Origin: Anaeramoeba ignava BMAN
Taxonomy: Eukaryota; Protista; Anaeramoebae
DNA: 64,000 nt
NCBI GenBank assembly: GCA_028826165.1
Contig: JAPDFW010000119.1
Location: 105,526-169,525 of the forward strand
Direction: 5' to 3'
Below the pieces are notes generated by a model, which was not told the DNA's origin, searched no databases, and saw nothing but the letters and a program-made list of their open reading frames with translations. Positions 13,346 to 26,207 of the stretch are shown here, piece after piece; within the stretch, counting starts at the first letter, position 1; the number at the start of each line of letters is the position of its first letter. A program made the position numbers and the translations under genes.

Positions 13346-16300
13346 TCATTTTTTTGAAGCTTTTAATTGATTTTGGAAATTCTCAATATTCAATAAAGAT
13401 TTGAATTGGAAATAAACTTCTTCTTTTTCATTTAATTTAAGTTTCAAAAGAGGTTTTAAATTTGAAAAACGAAAAACAAGATTTTCAATTAAAAAAGTGG
13501 ATTCTTCTTTAGGAGTTGCAATAACAAGAGAAATATCATCAACAAGCAAGAAAACCTTGTTTAAAATTTTGTTGCAAGAAGAACGCAAAACGCGAGCCAA
13601 AAAAAAGTTGCTTCGAATTTGGTTGAAAAAATGAATAAATTGAGTCAAAATTTGAGGATCAATCAATTCAAATGCAATTTTTGTAGCTTCAGAACGCAGA
13701 ATAATCATCTCCTCCTTTTGAATCAGATACAAAGATGGATCGGAGAATCGGAATTGCTTGACAATTTTGTTTTGCACTTTGCAGATGATGATTTTATGCT
13801 GATGGAAAATAACATGTCCTTTGATTTGATATTTTTTAGTAATAAAATTTGATTTGAATATTTTATTTTGAGAATCGTTTTGATATTCATCATTTTTTTG
13901 CGAGGAATCCTGCTCAGCTTCAACCTCTTCCATTTCAATTCCAAATGTCTCTGATTGAGTATTTGTGTTGTGAGTATTTTCTTGATTTTTGTTCTCAATT
14001 TCATTGATTTCGATCAAATTATCTTCCATTTCTTGATATTTATGCGCATTTTTTTCAAAACTTGAAACGAGATTTTTGGATCGAATAATTTCTGCAAAAG
14101 ATTGAATAAATTTATCTTTTTGTGCTTCTTCTGGAAAAGATATTTTGAATAACCGAGAAAATTTGGATAATTTTGTTCGAATTAAAAACAAATTTGGTTT
14201 TTTTGGATGAATAAAAAGAAGGCAATTGGAAGAGTATAAAAACTCGAAATAGGAATGTGGGAATTTCTCAAATGAAATGGAGAAGAAGGTGTCATTCAAT
14301 TCAATTGATGCATTTTGTTTTTCAGAATTTGCAATGTTTGCGAAAATTTGGATCGAAAAAGAACTTGGAATTGTGATTTTTGGTTTTGGATCACGAAATT
14401 CAATAAAATGAACCAAAACTAGTTTGAATTGGCTTGAAAACTCGTCTTTTGGCTCCAGATATGATTTGGATCGCTTATTTTTTTGGTCGAGAATCTTTTG
14501 GATCAACAAATTTTTTTGCGTTGAATTTTGACATTCAATGTTCATTTCGTGTTGATATTTTGAAGAGAAAAATTTGAGAGTTAAAGAGCGTTTTTCAAGA
14601 GGCGAAAAGAAGATCTCCAGCGCTTGATATGAAACCTTTCTTTGATTGCGACGGAAATGATAATGCAAATATGCTGGTTCTAGTCTTAGTTTTGTGGGTA
14701 AAACGACCTGCGTTTTTGTTACTAAATTCACATGAAATTCTTTTAATTGAAGCATTTGCCTTGAGTTTTTTAAGCAGAGCATAAACGCTTTTTTGTCCTC
14801 AATTTCAAAGAACTCGAAATAATAGCGTTGGCTTGAGTTGATCCATTCCAAAACATTTAAATTCTCAACAAAATATTCAGAATGCAAAATGCAATCTTTT
14901 TCAACTTCAATAAAACTTCTTTTTTTTGTATCGAGATCATCCACTTCAATAATGGTTCCCGAGTGGATGATTTGGAATACTTTTGGAAGTGGCTTCTTTT
15001 CGTTGGGGTCAAACATTCTGATCCTGAAAAATTTTCTGGGAAGATCCAGACCAGGAATTTGTTGGAACGCGAGTTGCTGACTTTTTTCTTCAGACAAATT
15101 AGGCAATTTTGATTGGATTGAGAAATCAACCAATTTGTCACCAGCTTCTTTTGGTGGCATACTTACTGAATCCATGAGAGAAAATATCTTTTTGAGCTTC
15201 CCAAATCTCTTCATAAACAAAATTCTGTTTTCTTCTGAGTCAAAACGAATAAAGATTTTTTCTTCATCAAATACAAAGAAAACCTCGCAATTTCGAGTGT
15301 AATCAACAAGCGGTTTAATTTGCGTGAGATTGAAGTCTCTTTCCATGTTTCCTTTTGTGATTAAAATTACGACTTTTCTTTGTTGCGGTTTAATTTTGAG
15401 AATTCCTTTTACAAATTTTGTGTGATGTTGAAGTGTGACTTGTATTGGATAGCTTGATCCATACTTGATAATCTGAGGAAACGCTGCGAGAATTTGCTGA
15501 ATGCTTTTTTCCGAATCAAATACTTTCATTGTCTGAACAAAATTATTTTTTATAGATGAATTTTCAAACTGAAAATGAAGTTCGGAAAAATTCCCCAATT
15601 TTTGGAATCTAATTTTAACATCTGAATCTGTGTTTTTGTGAGGCAATTCCTCACGATTCGGCAAGTGATATTTCGCAAATATCCCAAATTGGTTCAAAAC
15701 AAGAAGTGAGTCGAGCTTGAAAACAAGTGTTTGATTTTCCATTATTATTCCTTCTTGTGATATTGTTGATATAAACTTATTTTCCTTTTCTTCAATTTTG
15801 GAGAAGAAATAATCCTCTGCATCCAAATATAAAAGAAACTGCCTTTGATTGAACTCTAACATTTGCCGCGTATCCTCTGCCTTTTTGCTGCTAGAAAAAA
15901 CAAGGGCGATAGAAAAGTCTTTTGAAATTTTAATCATCAATTCATTTGATTCATTTCCTTTGTTTTTATCATCAATATAAAACTCCATTAATTGCGTGTA
16001 TTGCAAAGGAAAAACACAAGGTTTTGCATTCTTCTCCTTCGGATTTTCATCTTCATTTTGCATTTGATTATAGGAGTCATAAGTGATGATGTAAATAAGA
16101 TCTGGCGAAACAACAATTGATCCACTTTCGATTTTTGATTCATTTGTTTTGATTAAGCACTTCTTTGTTTCGTACAGATTTTCATTGCTAAACCAATTCT
16201 TGATAAATTGGTTCGAACGTTTCCGCAAAATTTCCAATTGCAATCCAAAAGAAACCGTTTCTTCAAAACTTGAGAAACGAAGTGAAACAAAATACTTTTC

Positions 16301-17687
16301 ATCAATTTGGAATATTATATCTTTTCCTCCAAAAAAAGGGTATTCTATATGTGAATATATCGAGTATTTCCTTGAAATGCTGATATTTTTATTGAAAATA
16401 TTGAAATGATTTCTATTGAAAACAACTTCAACTTTCCCTTGTTCAGATCCAATTGAATTGAGCAGAATTGGGTTGAAATGTGGATTTTGGATTCCAGAAC
16501 ATTCTAACTGATAAGTTAATATTAGAGGGATAAAACTTGTTTCATTCTGTAAAGTTTCTCTTTTAAGTTTGTGATCAAATATACTTTGATATTTATTCGT
16601 TTTTAAATTTGGATTGGAAATTGAATTACTTGCCATTTTTGAATGTATTTCTGGCATACTTGAATGAATTGAGCTTCGAACAAGTGAAATATTATTTTCT
16701 TGATTTGATTTCTTTCCGTGTTTTTCCTTTTCAACAGATTTTTGTTGATAAAAAATTAGATAAAGATTGACAAGGATATCTCTTTGTCTTGAATTTTTCA
16801 TTTCAATTAAAAATGATAAATCAGAATCAATTCTTATCATCAAATTCGATAAATTTGTTTTATCAAGAAAGAAATGAATGGCTTTTTCGTAATTAAATTG
16901 GTGCTTTTCATTTCGGGTTTTGTTTTGGATTGTGAATTGATTTGGTGATATTTGGATATTTCCTTGATTTTTATTTTTTTTGTGATTTTTTTGATATGAA
17001 ATGATTCTGATAGAAAATTTCTTTTTTTTCTTCAATAAAATTTGGGAAATCTTGTTCTGCAAATACATTTTTTGCTGAATGTTTGATTCCTGCATGATTT
17101 GTGATTTGATCATAAAATCATGCAAATTGGAAAGTGAAGATTCAAGTGATTGAATGACTTCAATTTCTTTATCACTTGCGAATTGAGTAAAAGTGAAAAA
17201 GTGGTTTAAATTGTTTTGATTTTCTTTTTTCAATTGATCCCTGTTTGTTTTTGCTTTGTTTATTTTTGATCATTGGAATAAACTGTTCGTTTCCTGTTTC
17301 TTTTCTTTGTTTTTTGGAAATTTCTCTTATTCTTGTTATTAATTCCAAAAAAATTCTCATTTGATCTTCTTTATCAATTTTTTTTGAATCAATTAAATAT
17401 TCATTTTCAATTCCAAATGAAATACAAGCTTTATTAAGAAGATCTATTAATTCTTCAATATTTTTTTTATGACTTATTTGTTTTTTTTTTGTTAAATCAA
17501 AAAGGAAAAAAAAAGGATTTGAATAAAATGAATAAAGTTACTTTTTAATTTCTTGAATTGAAATTAATTTTGAAATTTTATTCATTGCTAAACATAAATT
17601 TTGAATAATTTTTGCTGTATTTTGTTGAGGAGTGACAAGTTTTTTTGTTATATTACTTAGCCATTCAAAAGCAAATAAAATTTCCAT
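13346..17687 (-). CDS. Large protein with degenerate calponin-homology-like N-terminus and multiple PH-like beta-rich repeats; 1 intron, frameshift at ~17230
   Basis: ATG at 17687 (MEILFAFEWLSNIT..LCLAMNKI), intron ~17473-17541, then NKACISFGIENEYLI. It joins the 1295-aa ORF through an A-run frameshift. Domain names come from pattern resemblance only. Confidence 0.6.
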
Positions 17688-17836
17688 TATTTAAAAAAGG
17701 AAAAAAATGAAAAGGAAAAAAAAAATCAATTTTCGCAAAATTTGGGAAAATTGAAATCAGTAAAACAAAGCAAAACAAAATAAAATAAAATAAAACAAAA
17801 CAAAACAAAGCAAAACAAAACAAAATTGATTTGCCA

Positions 17837-19270
17837 TTTTTTATATTTATTTGTTAAATATTTAAATAATAAAATATTTAAATCTAAAACATTAAATTAT
17901 TATTTTAATAATAAAATTAAATATTAAATTATATTTTTAAATTAATTTATAAATTAAATATTAAATTAAATCTATTCTTATTTTTTATATTTATATGTTA
18001 AATATTTAAATAATAAAATATTTAAATCTAAAACAACAAATTATTATTTTAATAATAAAATTAAATATTAAATTATATTTTTAAATTAATTTATAAATTA
18101 AATATTAAATTAAACCTATTCTTATTTTTTATATTTATATGTTAAATAATTAAATAATAAAATATTTAAATCTAAAACATTAAATTAATATTTTAATAAT
18201 GAAATTAAATATTAAATTATATTTTTAAATTAATTTATAAATTAAATATTAAATCAAATTTATTCTTATTTTTATATTTATTTGTTAAATATTTTAAATA
18301 ATAAAATATTTAAATCTAAAACAATAAATTATTATTTTAATAATGAAATTAAATATTAAATTATATTTTTTAAATTAATTTTATAAATTAAATATTAAAT
18401 CAAATCTATTCTTATTTTTTATATTTATATGTTAAATATTTTAAACAATAAAATTATTTAAATCTAAAACATTAAATTATTATTTTAATAATAAAATTGA
18501 ATATTAAATTATATTTTTAAATTGATTTATAAATTAAATATTAAATTAAATCTATTCTCATTTTTTATATTTTTATGTTAAATATTTAAATAATAAAATA
18601 TTTAAATCTAAAACAATAAATTAATATTTTAATAATGAAATTAAATATTAAATTATATTTTTAAATTAATTTATAAATTAAATATTAAATTAAATCTATT
18701 CTCATTTTTTATATTTATTTGTTAAATATTTAAATAATAAAATATTTAAATTTAAAACAATAAAATTATTTTCAATAATAAAATTAAACATTAAATTATA
18801 TTTTTAAATTGATTTATAAATTAATATTAAATTAAACCTATTCTTATTTTATGTTAAATAAAATATTTAAATCTAAAACATTAAATTAATATTTTAAAAT
18901 AAAATTAAACATTAAATTATATTTTTAAATTGATTTATAAATTAAATATTAAATTAAATCTATTTTCATTTTTTATATTTATTTGTTAAATATTTAAATA
19001 ATAAAATATTTAAATCTAAAACATTAAATTAATATTTTAATAATAAAATTAAATATTAAATTATATTTTTAAATTAATTTATAAATTAAATATTAAATTA
19101 AATCTATTCTTATTTTTTATATTTATATGTTAAATAATTAAATAATAAAATATTTAAATCTAAAACATTAAATTATTATTTTAAACATAGAATTAAATAT
19201 TAAATTATATTTTTAAATTATTTTATAAATTAAATATTAAATTAAATCTTATTCTTATTTTTTATATTTT
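17837..19270. repeat. Tandem satellite, ~10 copies of a ~144-bp AT-rich unit
   Basis: Anchor gttaaata recurs at 17853, 17997, 18141, 18284, 18431, 18577, 18721, 18853, 18985 and 19129 (two units shortened to 132 bp). Confidence 0.92.
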
Positions 19271-19354
19271 TAAAATTATTAAAAATTAAATTGTGAATTA
19301 AGAGATTTAATGCTTCTTTTTATTGATTTGCTTTGACTTGTTTTATTTATTGAA

Positions 19355-22300
19355 TTATTTTTCAAAAATTTCATCAAAAACTTGTTGAAAAGTCTGAACA
19401 AAAACAGGAGAAATTCCTTGTTTTATAATAGGATTAATACGGTCCCACTCATTAATATTATCTCTTGGCAAGATGACGAAAAAGATACCAGCACGTTTTG
19501 CAGCAATAACCTTTTCCTGCAAGCCACCAATTGGCAAAACTAAACCTGTCAAAGTGACTTCACCTGTCATAGCATAACCAGGTTTAACAGGTTTTTGCAT
19601 AGCAAGGGATAAAAGGGAAGTAACCATTGTGATGCCAGCAGAAGGGCCGTCTTTTGGAGCAGCGCCATGAGGGATATGCATATGAAGAGAACGTTCAAAA
19701 TTTTTATTTTTTGGATCCAATTTATTCAAAAACTGTTTTGCAAAAGAAAAGGCAATTTGGGTGCTTTCTTTCATAACATTGCCTAAGCGTCCTGTGATCT
19801 TCAGACTTCCTTGTTTGTGGTACATTGAGTCTTTCTTATCAGACTTTCCTTTGTTAATGATATTTGACTGAAGATCGGAAAAAATTGTTTCGATGAAAAT
19901 GACCGACCCACCATAAGGTGTCCAACTGAGACCAGGAACCACACCTGGGCCTGGATGGGGATATATGTTCTCATCCTGGAACTCTGGTTTTCCGAGGTAG
20001 TCCATAATTTTCTGTTCATCGAGTCTTACTTGAAAATCCATTCTTTTTTTTTGATCTAAATCAACATATTGAAGTGCTATTTTTCTAAATATTTTTTCAA
20101 TTTGTTTTTCCAAGTTTCGAACACCTGCTTCTCGACAGTATTTGTCGATTATAAACTTGAGAATTTTGTCATCAAAAATTATTTTTGATTCTGGAATTGC
20201 AGTTTGAGTTGCAATTTTTGGAATTAAATATCGACTTGCAATTGCTTTTTTTTCATCTAAAACATAACCAGAAAGTAACATGATTTCGAGTCTATCTAAT
20301 AAAGCTGGTGGAATTGTATTTGTTTGATTTGCTGTTACTATAAAGAGTATTTTGGATAAATCAAATGGGATATCAAGATAATGATCAAGAAATGAACTAT
20401 TTTGAAGTGGATCCAAAACTTCAAGAAGTGCTGATGCTGGATCTCCTTTATAATTTGATCCAATTTTATCGATTTCTTATTTTAATTTTATAAATCAATT
20501 TTAATTTTATAAATCAATTTGAATTTTATAAATAAATTTTAATTTTATAAATCAATTTTAATTTTATAAATCAATTTTAATTTTTTATACCATCAATCAA
20601 AATAACTGGATTATTTGTTTGAACTACTTTTAATGCTTGAATAATTTTTCCTGGTAATGCTCCAACATAAACTCTTCTATGTCCTTTAATTTCTGCAAAA
20701 TCATCTAATCCTCCAACTTAAAATTATAAATTAAAATTATAAATTAAAATAATTAAAATAATTAAAATTAAAATAATTTAAAAATTCTTCTTCAAATTCA
20801 CCTGAAAAACGATAAAATTTCCTTCCAAGTGCTCTTGCAATACTTTTTCCAACTGATGAATTATGTGTAACACTAAAATCTCCTAATAAAAATCTTTGAT
20901 TGCAATCTAATTCAAATCCATAATAATTTCCATATCCAATATAATCAACTTTAATCAAATCAAACAAAATTTTATTCTTTTTTTCTTGTTGATTTCCAAT
21001 TTGTTCAAAATTTTCAATTATTATCCAATAAGAATCGTTTTGAGTTGAATTTCTTGAATAAAATTGATTTTTTCCAAATTTTGTTTCAATTCCAAGAGAA
21101 CGACACAAATAAACAACATCCATCAAAAAATTGTGAGAATTTATATTCATTTTAAAAGAATTTGTTTGATCTATTCTTTTTCCAATTGAATTCAAAATTC
21201 CCAATAAAATTTGGAAACGAATATTTCTATTATTAACTTTATAAGCATCTGGAATCTTCATTTGATCACAAATTTCAAAACATAAATCATGAGGAACTTT
21301 CTGGGAAATCAACGAGAAATAAACATCTTCAGATTTAGCTCCATTTTGATCTAATTCACAAAGTAAAGAACCGAGACGATAGGCATCAAGAGGAACTTTT
21401 TTATCAGGAAAATCTACAGAGACTCGAAAACCTGCATAATGCCTTTTCCAGTTCTCGGATTTCTTTAAATACTTCTTAATAGAAATATCAACAACATCAC
21501 CTTCCTTATTAACATTTTGATTTCCAAATAAATTTGATTTTGCAAATTGATTTGCTTTTTCCCAAATTTTTTGTTTTTCAATAACATAATTTTCTGAATT
21601 ATCAACATGAAATGCTTTTGAATGTTGAATATGGTTTTGAAACCACGAAACAATAAATGCTTTGGTTTTCTCATTCCAAACAATTTGATAAGAATCTCCA
21701 TGGAACATCAATGAAAGTACATGATTTTTGTTGACAATATATGATCCTTGGCTTGATAAATACGACACTTTGAAAAGCTTTCCAAATCCCTTTGAAATTG
21801 ATTTCACATTCCTTTCACTTGAATCATCTCCCATAATTTTATCACCACATTGAATATTTTGAACATTTTTAATTTTTCCATCAAAAAGTAAAATTTTGGT
21901 ATTAAATCCCAAACATTTGCCAACACCAGGAGGGCCCACCAAACAGACAATCTTTCCATAAGGGCCATCCCGAAGATTTTCCACTGCAATAAACTCCAAA
22001 ATTCTTTTTTTTAAATCTTCAAGTCCATAATGATCTTCATCAAGGATTTTTTTGGATTCCTCAAGATTTGTACTTGTTGGTGTAGTTATTCCCCAAGGCA
22101 ACGAAGAGATCCATTCAAGATAGTTTCTGATAACAACTGCGTTTGAATCAAATTTTTCTAATCCTGATAATTTTTCTAATTCTTCCTTGAATACTTTCAT
22201 TGCCATAGTGGATAATTTTTTTCCTTCAATTTTCTTTTGAAATTTTTTGATTTCTGGTTTTTCTTCCGTTAAAGATTCTTTTTCTAGATTGAGATCCTCG

Positions 22301-24073
22301 ATTTTTGATTTGATTAAATCTTGAAGAACTTTGTTTTTTGAAATTGGTTGTATTTGAATTTGGTTAATTTTTTTTGCAATTTCTATTTCCCTTTCTAATA
22401 AATTAATTGCTAGTTTAAGTCTAGTTAAAAGGTCTCTTGTTTCAAGAATTTCCTAAAAGAAATTTAAATTGATAAAATAATAAATCAATATTAAATCTAA
22501 AATATTTAAATCAATAATAAATATTAAATCTAAAATATTTAAATCAATAATAAATATATAAATCAATAATAAATATTAAATCTAAAATATTTAAATCAAT
22601 AATAAATAATAAAATCAATATTAAATCTAAAATATTTAAATCAATATTAAATATTAAATATTTAAATCAATATTAAATCTAAAATATTTAAATCAATATT
22701 AAATCTTAAATATTTAAATCAATAATAAATATTAAATATTTAAATAAATATTAAATATATTTAATCAATAAAATATTTGAATTTACTTGAAGTTGATCTG
22801 CTTCTGCTGTTGTAGAATAAGCAGCTAAACCTGATAACGTGAAAATATCAATTTTTCCAAAACTAGATAAGATTTTCTTTTATAAAAAAAAAAGAAAAAA
22901 AACCAATAAAAAAGTTATTCAAATTCTAATAATAAAAATATTTGATTTACTTCTATTTGTCCTTGAAAATAACTTGGAAGTTTTCGGAGTTTTTCTAAAA
23001 GTTGATATATTTTTTTTCTTTCAGGTTCTAATGTTTCAACTTTTATAGAATTTAAAGGATTCTAAAAAAAATAATAATTTTAAGTTTAATTTTAATTAAT
23101 ATCAAAAATCGGAAAAATATTTTTAATTCAATTTTAATTATAATTTTAATTTTAATTTTAATTTCAATTTTAATTTCAATTTTAATTTTAATTTTAATTA
23201 TAATTTTATAAATAAATTTTAATTTTAATTTTTACAGAAAAAAATTCAATTTTTGCATGTAATCGAGATGATTTAACTAAACTTTTGATACGTATTATTT
23301 CCATAGAACTTAAAGAACTATTCATAAAATTATAATCATTTTTACAAAAAGTTCCAATATCATGCAATTGATTTAAATCAGTAATTTCTATCACTTTTTT
23401 ATTTCGATGTTCTTTTCGAATTAGAAAAGCTCCAAAATAATTATCATTAAAATTTATTGGAATAATTCTTCCTCCACTCATAGAATGAGGATAACTAAAA
23501 GAAATTTTGGGAACAAATGGTCTTTTCTTTATTGGATAAATTGGAATAATATCAGATACTTTTTCAGGATCTTAAATTTTAATTTTAATTTTAATTTTAA
23601 TTTTAATTTTAATTTTTAATTTTAATTTTAATTTTAATTTTAATTTTAATTTTAATTTTAATTTTATAAATGAATTTTAATTTTAATTTTAATTTTAATT
23701 TTAATTTTAATTTTAATTTTAATTTTAATTTTAATTTTAATTTTAATTTTAATTTTAATTTTAATTTTAATTTTAATTTTAATTTTAATTTTAATTTTAA
23801 TTTTAATTTTAATTTTAATTTTATAAATGAATTTTAATTCTAATTCTAATTTTAATTTATAAATGAATTTTAATTTTAATTGTAATTTTAATTTTAATTT
23901 AATTTTAATTTTAGGAAAATTTTTTTTTGTTTTTTACTTGGATTTGTAAATGGTGTGTAAATTGCTTCTGAAAGAAAATCAAAATAATGATATTTTATTA
24001 TAGGATTTAATAAAATTTGTTTTCGGAAAGAATTTTGAAGAATTTTAAACTTTGGATAAGAATGTGATAACAT
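19355..24073 (-). CDS. LONP1: Lon protease, mitochondrial/hydrogenosomal type, 7 exons, intein-containing
   Basis: Exons 24073-23938, 23570-23236, 23061-22951, 22876-22787, 22452-20802, 20716-20591, 20475-19355. Motifs: [29 protein letters not shown], Walker [30 protein letters not shown], catalytic PKDGPSAG and GGLQEK. The N-terminus [19 protein letters not shown] resembles a presequence. Confidence 0.95.
20860..21915 (-). mobile_element. Intein (352 aa) in the Lon Walker A motif, with degenerate LAGLIDADG homing endonuclease
   Basis: GPPGVGK|[13 protein letters not shown] ... FSVTHN|[13 protein letters not shown]. Cys1, block B VNKNH, block [17 protein letters not shown], penultimate His, terminal Asn, Ser+1. 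Removing it restores the canonical Lon P-loop. Confidence 0.96.
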
Positions 24074-24153
24074 TTTAAAAAAGAAAAAAATGAAAATTAG
24101 GAAAAAAAATGAAAAAAAAAATTTCTTTTGTTTTTTTGATTTATTGAATTTTT

Positions 24154-26207
24154 TTAATCAAAAAAATCATAAAAAAAATCAAGATTAAGATCAGTATCAG
24201 TATCAGTATCAATATCATTTTGATTTTGATTTTGATTTTGATTAGTTGATTCAAGTTTTTCAATTTCATTTTGAAAAAAAGATAAATTATTGAAAAATTT
24301 AAGAATATTTTTAGATTCTTTAATTTCATAATTAGAACCAATAGCCAAATAAAAAATATTTTGAAAAGAATCAGCTAAAAAATAGGGAATTGAAGTTTTA
24401 ATTGGGAAATCAATAGCAACACTTAAAGCTGAAATATCTTGAATTGCATTAACAAGTAAAGAGTGAATAGTCTTGTTTGTGATACTAAGAAATTTAGGAT
24501 CAACAACCATTGAATCTTCATAAAAGGAAATAATTTGAGGTTTCATTTCTAAAGGTTTCAAATTTAATTTATTCATTAAATCCCATTCATTTTCTCCAAC
24601 TATTTGATTTTTAGTAATTATTTTTTGAGTATTCATAATTGTGACTGTTCCTCTAGTTATTTTTGTTGATAAATTTAATGTTTGGAAATAAGGCATAAAA
24701 TGTGGAGATATATTTGTTTGTCCAGCTTCAATTATAACATCTATTGGTGATACTTGATTCGGTTTAAGTGATGTCATGTATTTGTGTTTTTCAAATAAAT
24801 TTTCAAGTTCGTTTCCGCTTAAATTTGTGAATATTAATCCAATGGTTCCTTTCATACTGGGTATTAATTTTTCAAGATTTGGTTTTTTAGGTATTTGTTT
24901 TTTCAATCCTTTTTTTAACAATCTCTATTTAATTTTTTAATTTTGATATTTATATTTATATTTATATTTATATTTAGATTTAGATTTAGATTTATATTTA
25001 TATTTATAATTATATTTATATTTATATTTATATTTATATTTATATTTATATTTATATTTATATTTATATTTATATTTATATTTATATTTATAATTATATT
25101 TATTTTGATATTTATATTTATATTTATAATTATATTTATATTTATATTTATATTTATAATTATATTTATATTTATATTTATAATTTATATTTATATTTAT
25201 AATTATATTTATAATTATATTTATATTTATATTTATATTTATATTTATATTTATATTTATATTTTATATTTATATTTTATATTTATATTTATATTTTATA
25301 TTTATTTATATTTATATTTATATTTATATTTATATTTATATTTATATTTATATTTATATTTATATTTATATTTATATTTATATATTTATATTTATATTTA
25401 TATTTATATTTATATTTTTATATTTATATTTATATTTATATTTTATATTTATATTTATATTTATATTTATATTTATATTTTATATTTATATTTATATTTA
25501 TATTTATATTTATATTTATATTTATATTTATATTTATATTTATATTTATATTTTATATTTATATTTATATTTATATTTATATTTATATTTTATATTTATA
25601 TTTATATTTATATTTATATTTATATTTATATTTATATTTATATTTATATTTATATTTTATATTTTATTTAGATTTATATTTTATATTTTATATTTATATT
25701 TATATTTATATTTATATTTATATTTATATTTATATTTATATTTATATTTATATTTATATTTATATTTTATATTTTAAATATAATTATATTTATATTTTAT
25801 AATTTATATTTATATTTATATTTATATTTATATTTATATTTATATTTATATTTATAATTATATTTATATTTATATTTATAATATTTATATTTATATTTAT
25901 ATTTATATTTATATTTATATTTATATTTATATTTATATTTATATTTATATTTATATTTATATTTATATTTATAATATTTATATTTATATTTATATTTATA
26001 TTTATATTTATATTTATATTTATATTTTGAATTGATTTTTATTACATTTTGACCCATAAGTAAAATTCCTTTATTCAATAATTCTTTTCTTATAATTTGA
26101 ATATTGTAAGTTGGAATAGATTGAAAATTAACAACAAAAACATTATCAAATTGTTGGAAATAATTATCAATTTTTGAATAAAAAATAAGTTTTTTTTCTT
26201 TTGACAT
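24154..26207 (-). CDS. RPLP0: 60S acidic ribosomal protein P0 (uL10)-like, divergent, 2 exons
   Basis: Exon 26207-26046 ([16 protein letters not shown]) joined to 24924-24154 ([31 protein letters not shown]). Acidic tail ends DFFYDFFD. Confidence 0.82.
24925..26045. repeat. (TATATT)n microsatellite filling the 1.1-kb P0 intron
   Basis: Near-continuous TATATT units between the GT and AG on the - strand. Confidence 0.95.

Noticed and set aside
17837-19270. CRISPR-like array (also considered for 54290-55620)
   Set aside because: Whole units repeat with no unique spacers, there are no cas genes, and the context is eukaryotic.
20860-21915. Lon insert as a spliceosomal or group I intron, or a Hedgehog-type Hint domain
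   Set aside because: It is a fully open frame with no GT-AG ends, and has both intein termini (C...HN/S) flanked by contiguous Lon sequence.
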